The notes under the pieces were generated by a model that was not told the origin of the DNA, did not search any database, and worked only from the letters and a program-made list of their open reading frames with translations. The position numbers and the translations under genes are program-made. From Dehalococcoidia bacterium (GTDB lineage: Bacteria; Chloroflexota; Dehalococcoidia; UBA2979), in contig JASLOV010000063.1 of NCBI GenBank assembly GCA_030745285.1, positions 1 through 42,843 of the forward strand: a DNA stretch of 42,843 nucleotides. Direction: 5' to 3'. Numbering within the stretch: position 1 is the first letter of the stretch; every line of letters starts with the position of its first letter. Below, in pieces: positions 32,910 through 41,276 of the stretch.

Positions 32910-34355
32910 CTACCGCGTGCCGCCCGGTGGGACGTACGGGTCGTCGGCGCCGGCCGGCACGTTGGGGTACAGGTCGGTCGACGCCATGAACTCGGCCACG
33001 ATTCGATCAGCCACACTCTTCACCCACGGGTTGGCGTCCTTGACGTCCGATTCCTCCTTCGGATCGGATCGCAGGTTGAACAGCCGCATCGTCGACGTCG
33101 GGTTCGGATCGCCCGGCTCCGGCCGGAACGCGTACCAGAACTTCCAGTCCTTCCATTTGACCGCGAGCACCCGGCCCCCCATGGCCATGAAGATGACGCT
33201 GTCACGGTTCGAGTGTGCCTGCTGGCCTTCGAGGAACGCGAGCTGATTCACGCCGTCGATCGCGCGGTCGGTCGGCACGATCTCCGGCGCCCCGACCGCG
33301 GCGGCCAGCGTCGGGAAGAAGTCGACCTGATGGACGATCTCGTTCGACACCTGCCCCGCGGGGATCCGGGCGGGCCAGCGGATGACGCACGGCGTCCGGA
33401 TGCCGCCTTCCATCGCCGAGTTGTAGAACCCGTTCCAGGGCCCGGCCGAGCCGCGCCAGGGCCGCCGCCGCTCCGCGCCGTTGTCGGTGCACCAGAAGAC
33501 GATCGTGTTCTCCGCGATATCCAGGCGGTCGATCGCGTCGAGCACGAGCCCGACGTTGTGGTCGACGTCCGCCATCGCGTCGCCGATGTCGCCCGCGCCG
33601 GTCGCGCCGGCGAAGTCGGGATGCGCCAGGGTGGGGAAGTGGATCTGGGTCATCGGATAGAAGAAGAAGAATGGGCGGTCGGCGTCGATCTGCCGCTCCA
33701 TGAAGTCGATGCCGCGCTCGGCGGCCTCGCGGTCGAGCGTTCGCCGCGTCTCCATGTCGAATGGTTTCAGCTTCCGCGGCCGTTCACCGGCCCGACCCTC
33801 CCAGATGTAGGGCGTCTCCATCGTGGCCGGATCCCAGGTGTCGAAGGTCGTGAACTGCGAGGTGTGGCTCGTGCCCGGGATGCCGTACCACTCGTCGAAG
33901 CCCTGGTCGGTCGGCTCGCGCCGCCCCTCCCAAGTGTTGTCACCGCCGACGTGCCACTTGCCGAACAGTCCGGTCGCATAGCCCACCGACTGCAACGCCT
34001 CCGGGAGGGTGACCTCCCACAGCGTCATCCCGCTCCGCTGGGTCGCGCCGGCGCGCACGGCGTAGCGCCCGGTAAGCAGCGCCGTCCGGGAGACGGTGCA
34101 CGAGTACTCGACAATGAAGTTCGTCAGCCGGATCCCCTCGGCGGCGATCTGGTCGATCCGGGGCGTCGGCACACCACGGACGCTGCCGTAGGCCCCCACC
34201 TCGCCCCAGCCCAGGTTGTCGGGGAACATCAGGACGATGTTCGGCCGCTCGGGCGCGGTGTCCTGCGCGGCGACCGGCGCCGCGGCCCCGGTGAGGCCGA
34301 GTCCGGCGAGGAGCCAGCACGCGATGAACCGACGTGGTCTCCTGAGCATCTCCAT
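32910..34355 (-). CDS. Arylsulfatase-family (formylglycine-dependent sulfatase) enzyme, secreted
   Basis: The signal is MEMLRRPRRFIACWLLAGLGLTGAAAPVAAQ. Motifs are NIVLMFPDNLGWGEVG, active-site SCTVSRTALLTGRY, GKWHVGG and WCTDNGA. Confidence 0.9.
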   Translation of the reverse strand: MEMLRRPRRFIACWLLAGLGLTGAAAPVAAQDTAPERPNIVLMFPDNLGWGEVGAYGSVRGVPTPRIDQIAAEGIRLTNFIVEYSCTVSRTALLTGRYAVRAGATQRSGMTLWEVTLPEALQSVGYATGLFGKWHVGGDNTWEGRREPTDQGFDEWYGIPGTSHTSQFTTFDTWDPATMETPYIWEGRAGERPRKLKPFDMETRRTLDREAAERGIDFMERQIDADRPFFFFYPMTQIHFPTLAHPDFAGATGAGDIGDAMADVDHNVGLVLDAIDRLDIAENTIVFWCTDNGAERRRPWRGSAGPWNGFYNSAMEGGIRTPCVIRWPARIPAGQVSNEIVHQVDFFPTLAAAVGAPEIVPTDRAIDGVNQLAFLEGQQAHSNRDSVIFMAMGGRVLAVKWKDWKFWYAFRPEPGDPNPTSTMRLFNLRSDPKEESDVKDANPWVKSVADRIVAEFMASTDLYPNVPAGADDPYVPPGGTR

Positions 34356-34379
34356 CCTCCGTGGTCTTGCGCGGTGGCG

Positions 34380-35837
34380 CTAGTCGCTGGTGCCCCTGAC
34401 GTTCGCGATCAGATCGTCGAGTGTGACGATCGGGCCGTGAATCGGCGCGATCCGGTCGACCCGCAGGCCCAGCCGCTCGATGTTCTCGAGGAGGTTGGCG
34501 GCAAACGGCTGCAGATCGCGGCCCGGACTGTACGCGTCGGCCTCCACGAGCAACCGCGCCTCGGGGAAGTACGCCATCAGGAGCGAATCGGCGTGCGGGC
34601 TGCCCGGGATGTGATGGAGGTGCACCGTCATCGACGCATCTTCCAGGGTCCTCTCGTCACCGACCGTCTCGAGCGTCAGCTCCTGCGGATTCCGACTGAG
34701 CGCATCGGGCGCAATCGTTCGTTCCCGGTCGACCAGCGCTCGATAGAACGGGCCGTTCGCCTCGTGCGTGATGATGGTGAGCCCTTCCGAGACCGCCGCG
34801 CGTATCCCGCCGGAATGGTCGAAGTGGTGGTGCGAGTTCACCAACTGCGTTAGCGGCTTGTCCGGCACGAGTTCCCGGGCCCTGGCAATCACGGCGAGGG
34901 TCCGGGCTTCGTTCGGCGCCTCGAAGAGCATGAGGTGATCGTCGAACTCCACGAGGACGCTATGGTGGGACTGTCCACCCAACAGCCAGATGCCGTCCGC
35001 CAGCTCCTCCGTGACGACGTTGACCGGTGGCGGGCCAGCCGGCGGATCCGCCGACGCCGCGCCGGCCGGCGCGGCGAGGTCGCCGACATCCCCGTTGACA
35101 CTCTGTGCCGTCACGTTGACGTCGGTCGTCGGATTGCCGGCGGTCGATGTCGTCAGGCGCGTCGGCAGCATCAACCCAGCGGCCTCCTGGTAGCCCGCAA
35201 ACGTGGTCTCGACGGTGACGTCGCCCAGATTGGCGTTGTGCGCCATTGACGTGACGCGGCTGGGCAGCCCGGACTCGGCGTCGATCGCCAGCGTGAACGC
35301 GGCACCGCCGGCGGTCGTCACGTCGACGAACGCCTCGCCCGCGGTCGTCCCGGCGTTCGCGAGCGTCGACGCGGGATCCAGCGCCGCATGCACGCTCGTG
35401 ATCGGGTGGTGATAGACCTCGGCGAGTCGATCGCGCGCGGCGCCGCTCGCAATCCGCGTCGCGGTGCCGTCGGGCGCGACATCGTAGCCGACGTCGCCAT
35501 CGACGCCGAAGATCTGCGGCTGGGGATCCGGGCCGCGGAAGTAGGTGAAGGCGGGCGTGCGCGTCCGCTCGATGCGGGATCGCCCCTCCGCCAGGTCGAC
35601 GCGCTGGCTGTAGCCGCTGACGATGTATTGCTGCCCGGTGGCGTCAGGGGTCATGTCCTGGCCCAGGTTCCCGGTTGTGCCGTCGCCCTCGATCGCGAGC
35701 GTCGTGACGCCCTCGACGAGATCGCGGCCGCCGAGCGCCGCCGCGGCATCCGCGACGACCTGCTGTTCCGGGGTGAGCTGCGTGCAGCCAGTCAGGGCGG
35801 CGATGACGAATAGGGTGATCCAGGGGCCTCGACTCAT
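34380..35837 (-). CDS. Metallo-beta-lactamase-fold hydrolase lipoprotein with a large N-terminal domain
   Basis: ATG at 35837 with GAGGAG upstream. The lipobox is FVIAALTGC. The HxHxDH motif is NSHHHFDHSGG, with later His and Asp residues (HLHHIPGSPHADS). Confidence 0.85.
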   Translation of the reverse strand: MSRGPWITLFVIAALTGCTQLTPEQQVVADAAAALGGRDLVEGVTTLAIEGDGTTGNLGQDMTPDATGQQYIVSGYSQRVDLAEGRSRIERTRTPAFTYFRGPDPQPQIFGVDGDVGYDVAPDGTATRIASGAARDRLAEVYHHPITSVHAALDPASTLANAGTTAGEAFVDVTTAGGAAFTLAIDAESGLPSRVTSMAHNANLGDVTVETTFAGYQEAAGLMLPTRLTTSTAGNPTTDVNVTAQSVNGDVGDLAAPAGAASADPPAGPPPVNVVTEELADGIWLLGGQSHHSVLVEFDDHLMLFEAPNEARTLAVIARARELVPDKPLTQLVNSHHHFDHSGGIRAAVSEGLTIITHEANGPFYRALVDRERTIAPDALSRNPQELTLETVGDERTLEDASMTVHLHHIPGSPHADSLLMAYFPEARLLVEADAYSPGRDLQPFAANLLENIERLGLRVDRIAPIHGPIVTLDDLIANVRGTSD

Positions 35838-35961
35838 GATCGTTCTCCTCTTCGTGGCCACTTGCATTGGAATGTGAGGCCGAAGCATACCAGGGACCGA
35901 CGGTCGGTGTCTCCACGGCCCGCGAGTTGTGGGGGCGCGTCGCAGCGTCTACCATGAGGCC

Positions 35962-36735
35962 GTGAGAATCGACCTCAATTGCGACATGGGCGAGTCGTTC
36001 GGCGCCTACACGATCGGCAACGACGACGCCGTGATGCCCAGCATCACCTCGGCGAACATCGCCTGCGGGGTCCACGCCGGGGATCCGTCGGTACTGCGCC
36101 GGACGATCCGTCTGGCGATGGCGAACGACGTCGCCATCGGCGCGCACCCGGGTTTTCCCGACCTGGTCGGCTTCGGTCGGCGTGAGATGAACGCCACCCC
36201 GGCCGAGGTCGAAGACCTCGTCCTCTATCAGGTCAGCGCCGCGGCCGGCATGGCCGCGGCCGAAGGTGCGCGATTGCAGCACGTCAAGCCGCACGGTGCG
36301 CTCTACCACCAGGCGGTGCGCGACGGGGACATCTCGGCCGCAATCGCTCGAGCCGTGGCCGCGGCCGACCGGTCGCTGATCTTCTTCGGCCAGGTCGGGT
36401 CGAAGATGCTCGATGCGGGTCGGGCGGCCGGCCTGCGCGTCGCGGCGGAAGGATTCGCCGACCGTGCCTACGAGCCCGACGGGTCCTTGGCGTCCCGCCG
36501 CAAGGCCGGTTCAGTCATTCACGACCCCGATCGCGTCGTCGCGCGCGTGCTCCAGATGGTGACCGACGGGACGGTCGAGGCGACCGATGGCTCGACGGTC
36601 GCCATCGTCGCCGACACGATCTGCGTCCACGGCGACACCCAGGGCGCGGAGCAGTTGGCGGCAAGAATCAAGGCCGGCCTCGAGCGGGTCGGCGTGGCGT
36701 TGCTGCCCGTGGGTTGCGAGGACTCGGACGGGTAG
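35962..36735 (+). CDS. pxpA: 5-oxoprolinase subunit A (LamB/YcsF family)
   Basis: The GTG at 35962 gives (M)RIDLNCDMGESFGAY, the canonical family N-terminus. GAHPGFPD and HVKPHGALY are present. No pxpB or pxpC is adjacent. Confidence 0.85.
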   Translation: MRIDLNCDMGESFGAYTIGNDDAVMPSITSANIACGVHAGDPSVLRRTIRLAMANDVAIGAHPGFPDLVGFGRREMNATPAEVEDLVLYQVSAAAGMAAAEGARLQHVKPHGALYHQAVRDGDISAAIARAVAAADRSLIFFGQVGSKMLDAGRAAGLRVAAEGFADRAYEPDGSLASRRKAGSVIHDPDRVVARVLQMVTDGTVEATDGSTVAIVADTICVHGDTQGAEQLAARIKAGLERVGVALLPVGCEDSDG

Positions 36736-36747
36736 CCCCGAGGCCCC

Positions 36748-37731
36748 CTAGATCTTGACGACGAAGCGGCCGCGCGCATCTCCCTTGAGCAAGGTGGCGA
36801 ATGCGTCGGGCAGGCCGTCGAGTGCGATCTCCCGCACGATCGCGTCGGCGTGGGTCAGTGCCATGTCGGTGGCGAGTCTCTGCCACACCTCCCGGCGCCG
36901 CTCGGCGGGGCACATCACCGAATCGATCCCGAGGAGCTTCACGCCGCGGAGGATGAACGGCAGCACCGTCGTGCTCAGCTCCACGCCGGCGGTCAGCCCG
37001 GAGCTGGCGATGCACCCGCCGTGCCGCATCGTGCGGGTCAGCCAGGCGAGGATCGCGCCGCCGGCGGGGTCGACGGCGCCGGCCCACCTGGCTCTTTCCA
37101 GCGGGCGGGTGCCCATCTCCAGCGAGTGCCGCGACAGCACCTCCCGCGCACCGAGTGCTCGGAGGTAGTCGTGCGCATCGTCCTTGCCGGTCAGCGCGGT
37201 GACCTCGTAGCCGAGGGTCGCGAGCAGCTCGACGGCGATGCTACCGACGCCGCCGGTCGAACCGGTCACGATCACCGGGCCCGCTTCCGGCGTGAGGCCG
37301 TTCTGCTCCATTTCGATGATCGACAGCGCCGCCGTGAAGCCGGCGGTCCCGATGGCCATGGCGTCGAACGGTGACAGTTCGTCAGGGAGGGGCACCACCC
37401 AGTCGGCGGGCACGCGGACGTACTCCGCATACCCCCCATCGTGGGTCACGCTCATGTCGTGGCCGGTCACCAGCACGTCGGTGCCCGCGGTGAACCGAGG
37501 GTCGGTGCTCGACACGACCGAACCGGCGACGTCGATCCCGCCAACCCGCGGGAAGCCCCGGACGATCCTGCCGGTCCCGGTGCCGGCGAGCGCATCCTTG
37601 TAGTTGACACTCGAGTAGGCCGTGCGAATGACGACGTCACCCGGGCTGAGCTCGTCGAGGGCCATGGTGACGATCCGGCCTTCACTCCCGCCGTCCGCCT
37701 CGAAAATGCGAAATGCCCTGAAATCGTCCAC
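36748..37731 (-). CDS. acuI: Acryloyl-CoA reductase AcuI/YhdH-type MDR oxidoreductase
   Basis: GTG start at 37731, 7 nt after the upstream stop, with AAGGAAGGG inside the end of the upstream gene. YSSVNYKDALAGTG and the NADPH motif VTGSTGGVGS are present, with YhdH-like overall order. Confidence 0.85.
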   Translation of the reverse strand: MDDFRAFRIFEADGGSEGRIVTMALDELSPGDVVIRTAYSSVNYKDALAGTGTGRIVRGFPRVGGIDVAGSVVSSTDPRFTAGTDVLVTGHDMSVTHDGGYAEYVRVPADWVVPLPDELSPFDAMAIGTAGFTAALSIIEMEQNGLTPEAGPVIVTGSTGGVGSIAVELLATLGYEVTALTGKDDAHDYLRALGAREVLSRHSLEMGTRPLERARWAGAVDPAGGAILAWLTRTMRHGGCIASSGLTAGVELSTTVLPFILRGVKLLGIDSVMCPAERRREVWQRLATDMALTHADAIVREIALDGLPDAFATLLKGDARGRFVVKI

Positions 37732-37738
37732 CGATCCG

Positions 37739-39673
37739 TCACCCTTCCTTTGTGTCCGCCGGCGCCATGTCGGCCTTCATTTGCTCCCAGGCCTGCCGGG
37801 CCTCCTCGACCGACCCCTCTTCCTCGATCGTCGTGATGTCACCCGGTTCGCGATCGAGGACGACCGCCTTCAGCACGCGACGCATGATCTTGCCGCTCCG
37901 GGTCTTCGGGAGCATCGTCACGAAGTTCAGCTCACCGACGACGGCGATCGCGCCCAGGCCGTGGCGGATCGTGGCGATCAGCTCACGGCGTAGCTCGTCC
38001 GACGGACGCTGGTCGGTCTTCAGGAGCACGAACGCCGAGATCACCTCGCCGCGTGTCTCGTCGGGGCGGCCCACCACGCCGCACTCGGCGACCGCCGGAT
38101 GCTTGAGGCAGGCGCTCTCGACCTCGATCGTGCTGAGGCGGTGCGCTGCGATCTTGATGATCTCGTCGGCGCGTCCGCCGAACCAGACGTAGCCGTCATC
38201 GTCGACATGCGCCGAGTCGCCGGTGTAGTAGGCGCCGGGGATCTTCTCCCAGTAGTCGCGGCCGTAGCGCTCCGGCTCGCCCCAGAGCCTGGCGGTGAGG
38301 CCGGGAAACGGCTGCTGCAGCACCATGATCCCCTTCTCGCCGACGTCGCACCGGGAGCCATCCGGCCTGACGACCGCGGCTTCGATGCCGGGCAGCGGGA
38401 TCGTCGCCGAACCGGGTTTCACCGGCAGCAGGCCGAGGCCGTAGGGGTTCCCGAACACCGGCCCGCTCGTCTCGGTCTGCCACATGTTGTCGAGCACCGG
38501 CACGCGGCCACCGAGAATGGTCTTGGCCAGCCACTCCCACGCCGGGGGGTTGAGCACTTCGCCGGCCGAGACGATCCGTTCGAGCCGCGAGTGATCGACG
38601 CTGGCGAGCGGTCCGTCGCCGTAGCGCATCAACGCGCGGACCGCGGTCGGTGAGGTGAAGATGCCGGTGACGCCCAGATCCTCGACCGCCGTCCGCCAGT
38701 TGCCCTCGGGTACCGGATAGTCGAGCGCGCCCTCGAAGACGACCGTCGTGCAGCCGGCCAGCAGCGGGGCGTACACCATGTAGCTGTGGCCGACGATCCA
38801 GCCGATGTCCGACGTCGCCCACCAGACGTCGGTCGGCTTCAACCCGAAGCACCAGTGGCCCATGCTGGAGACGTGCACCTGGTAGCCGCCGTGCGTGTGA
38901 ACCGCGAGCTTCGGTTTCGCAGTCGTGCCGGAGGTGGCGAGGATGAACGCCGGCGCGTTCGCCTCCATCGACACCCAGTCGCCGGACTGCCCCTCGGCAC
39001 CGGCCAGGAAGTCGTCCCAGGCGACGTCGCGACCGGGTTGCATCGGCCCGTCCTCGGTGCGCCGCAGGACCACCACGCGCTCGACGTCGTGACCGCCGCC
39101 GGCGAGCGCTTCGTCGACGATCGGCTTCAGCGGAACGTGTTTCCCTTTGCGATAGGCGACGTCGGCGGTGAAGACGACCCGCGACCCGCTTGCCGAGATC
39201 CGGTCGGCCAGCGCGAGTGCCCCGAACCCGGCGAAGACGACCGAGTGAATCGCGCCGATCCGGGCCGCCGCCAGCATCAGGACGATCGCCTCAGGGCAGG
39301 TCGGCATCGACAGCGTGATCCGATCGCCTGTCGCGACGCCGAGGCCGCGGAGCGCGGCCGCGACGCGCGTGACCTCCTGAAGCAACTGCGCGTACGTGAG
39401 CGCGACCCGGTCGCCCCGCTCGTTGAAGTAGACGAGCGCCGTGCGATCGCCCGCGCCGTCGGCGACGTGCCGGTCGACTGCGTTGTGCGTCAGATTGGTC
39501 TCGGCTCCGACGAACCATCGAAACGTCGGTGGATCCGATTCGTACACGCGGTCCCAGGGTCGGAACCACGGCAGCTCGCGGGCCGCGCGTTCCCAGAACG
39601 CTTCAGGGTCGCGCCGCCCGTCCTCGATCCAGCGGGCGACCTCCGGCGGTGCCAGGCGACTGGTGATGGTCAT
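37739..39673 (-). CDS. AMP-forming acyl-CoA synthetase of the acetyl/propionyl-CoA synthetase (Acs/PrpE) type
   Basis: WFVGAETNLTHNAVDRHV, ARIGAIHSVVFAGF, the AMP motif TSGTTAKPK, YYTGD and KTRSGKIMRR are present. Length is 644 aa. Confidence 0.9.
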   Translation of the reverse strand: MTITSRLAPPEVARWIEDGRRDPEAFWERAARELPWFRPWDRVYESDPPTFRWFVGAETNLTHNAVDRHVADGAGDRTALVYFNERGDRVALTYAQLLQEVTRVAAALRGLGVATGDRITLSMPTCPEAIVLMLAAARIGAIHSVVFAGFGALALADRISASGSRVVFTADVAYRKGKHVPLKPIVDEALAGGGHDVERVVVLRRTEDGPMQPGRDVAWDDFLAGAEGQSGDWVSMEANAPAFILATSGTTAKPKLAVHTHGGYQVHVSSMGHWCFGLKPTDVWWATSDIGWIVGHSYMVYAPLLAGCTTVVFEGALDYPVPEGNWRTAVEDLGVTGIFTSPTAVRALMRYGDGPLASVDHSRLERIVSAGEVLNPPAWEWLAKTILGGRVPVLDNMWQTETSGPVFGNPYGLGLLPVKPGSATIPLPGIEAAVVRPDGSRCDVGEKGIMVLQQPFPGLTARLWGEPERYGRDYWEKIPGAYYTGDSAHVDDDGYVWFGGRADEIIKIAAHRLSTIEVESACLKHPAVAECGVVGRPDETRGEVISAFVLLKTDQRPSDELRRELIATIRHGLGAIAVVGELNFVTMLPKTRSGKIMRRVLKAVVLDREPGDITTIEEEGSVEEARQAWEQMKADMAPADTKEG

Positions 39674-39696
39674 CCGATGTCTATCGTTCTAGTGTT

Positions 39697-41247
39697 CTAG
39701 CGGTCAAGGCCGGTGCCCGGCGGCCGCTTCAACACACTGAGGTCCAGCGTGTTCACCTCGTCGATGATCCGGGCGTAGGCGCGGGTCGTGTTCTGCAGAC
39801 CGGTCCACGGCACGGTTTCCACCGTTTCCAGGTCGCTGTGGAAGTAGTGGAAGAAGTCGGTCGTCGTCAGCCCCGGCACGAACTGAAACACTCGGCTCAG
39901 GTCGCCCGCCGGGGCCCGGGGATTCGGCTCCAGGTAGGTGCTGATGCCGAACTCCCTGAACGCGTCGAGGGCGATCTGGTTCAGCTCGGGCCGGGTATCA
40001 CCACCGGCATACCAGTGGAATGCCGTGTAGGAATTCGACCAGATGACCTCGTCGTCCCGGTTGAGATAGCGCGGACGGATGATCGTCTGCACGGTCGACG
40101 GGTGCTCCGCATTGATGAGCAGCGCCGTCTTGTCGAACAACGTCTCGTGGTTGGCCGCCAGCCACATCCGGCCGACGCCGAACCCCGGGCCGCTGTTGTG
40201 GTGGCCATCGAGGCCGATGAAGATCAGCGTGCGCGGGCGATCGGCCTCGGGCACGGCAGCGTAGTGCTTGGCCAGGGCGATGACCGACGCCACACCCGAC
40301 GCGTTGTCACCCGCGGCGTCGAAGAACCCGTCACGGTGGGCCATGAGGTAGATCGTCTCGTCCGACCGGCCGGAGAGCGTGCCCCAGACCATGGCCGTCT
40401 GGAGGTCGGGCACGGTCTCGACGTCGAGGCGGACCCGCACTCGCGGTGCCAGGCCGCGTTCGATCAGTTCGCGCAGCGCCACGCCGTCGTCGTTGCCCAG
40501 CGACAGCGTTGGCACACCCGTCGCGACCGGGTAGGCCTGGTATCTGAGGTTGCCCGGCAGCAGCCGGGCGTTGAAGATCGCCGCGGCGCCCTTCTCGGCG
40601 GCTCGCTCGAGTGCGTTCTCGTCCGGCAGTCCGAGCAGGGCCGAGACGAGCACCGCCTTGCCGGCGACGTCTCGACCGGAGAAATCGGCTTCGGTCCCCA
40701 GGCCGACGTAGACCAGTTCCAACTCCAGCCCTTCGCCGGTCGTGCCCTCCGATCGATAGAACGGATGGGCGGTGGCCAATCTGAATTCACCGGCGCTGGT
40801 GGTGACGGTGACGGTCCAGGACTGCGGAAACCACTGCGGGGTCAGGTCGAACGGCTGGACGTGGACATCGCTCAAGCCGATCTCCTCGAACCTGTCTTCC
40901 AGCCATTCAGCGCTCTCCCAGTCCGAGGACGCTCCGATGATCCGACCCCAGTACTGCGAGTTGACGGTGTCGCGATAGCGGCGCGAGATCTCTTGCTGTT
41001 CGATGATGTCGAGCTGCATCGCCCGGCCGTCGATTCCGGGATAGTCATCGGTGCCTGGTGTCGGCCATTCCAGGAAGAGGTCGTCCAGTGCTTCGAGCGT
41101 GTAAGGCGCCACGCTGAGCGGTCGCAGCGGCCGGAGCGGGCGCAGCGGGTCCAGCGCCTGCCCGCTCGACGCACCCGGCGACAGCCAGGCGAACGCGCCC
41201 AGCACGATCGCGATCGCGACCCGGACGACGCGAATCCTTGGCGACAT
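39697..41247 (-). CDS. M28-family aminopeptidase with a PA (protease-associated) domain, secreted
   Basis: The ATG at 41247 gives the signal MSPRIRVVRVAIAIVLGAFAWLSPGASSGQA. The metal-ligand motif is HRDGFFDAAGDNASGVA. GLDGHH is present. A (PLR)x4 repeat follows the signal peptide. Confidence 0.85.
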   Translation of the reverse strand: MSPRIRVVRVAIAIVLGAFAWLSPGASSGQALDPLRPLRPLRPLSVAPYTLEALDDLFLEWPTPGTDDYPGIDGRAMQLDIIEQQEISRRYRDTVNSQYWGRIIGASSDWESAEWLEDRFEEIGLSDVHVQPFDLTPQWFPQSWTVTVTTSAGEFRLATAHPFYRSEGTTGEGLELELVYVGLGTEADFSGRDVAGKAVLVSALLGLPDENALERAAEKGAAAIFNARLLPGNLRYQAYPVATGVPTLSLGNDDGVALRELIERGLAPRVRVRLDVETVPDLQTAMVWGTLSGRSDETIYLMAHRDGFFDAAGDNASGVASVIALAKHYAAVPEADRPRTLIFIGLDGHHNSGPGFGVGRMWLAANHETLFDKTALLINAEHPSTVQTIIRPRYLNRDDEVIWSNSYTAFHWYAGGDTRPELNQIALDAFREFGISTYLEPNPRAPAGDLSRVFQFVPGLTTTDFFHYFHSDLETVETVPWTGLQNTTRAYARIIDEVNTLDLSVLKRPPGTGLDR

Positions 41248-41276
41248 CTCTTGGCAGCCTGCTTCGTGAGGGACCG

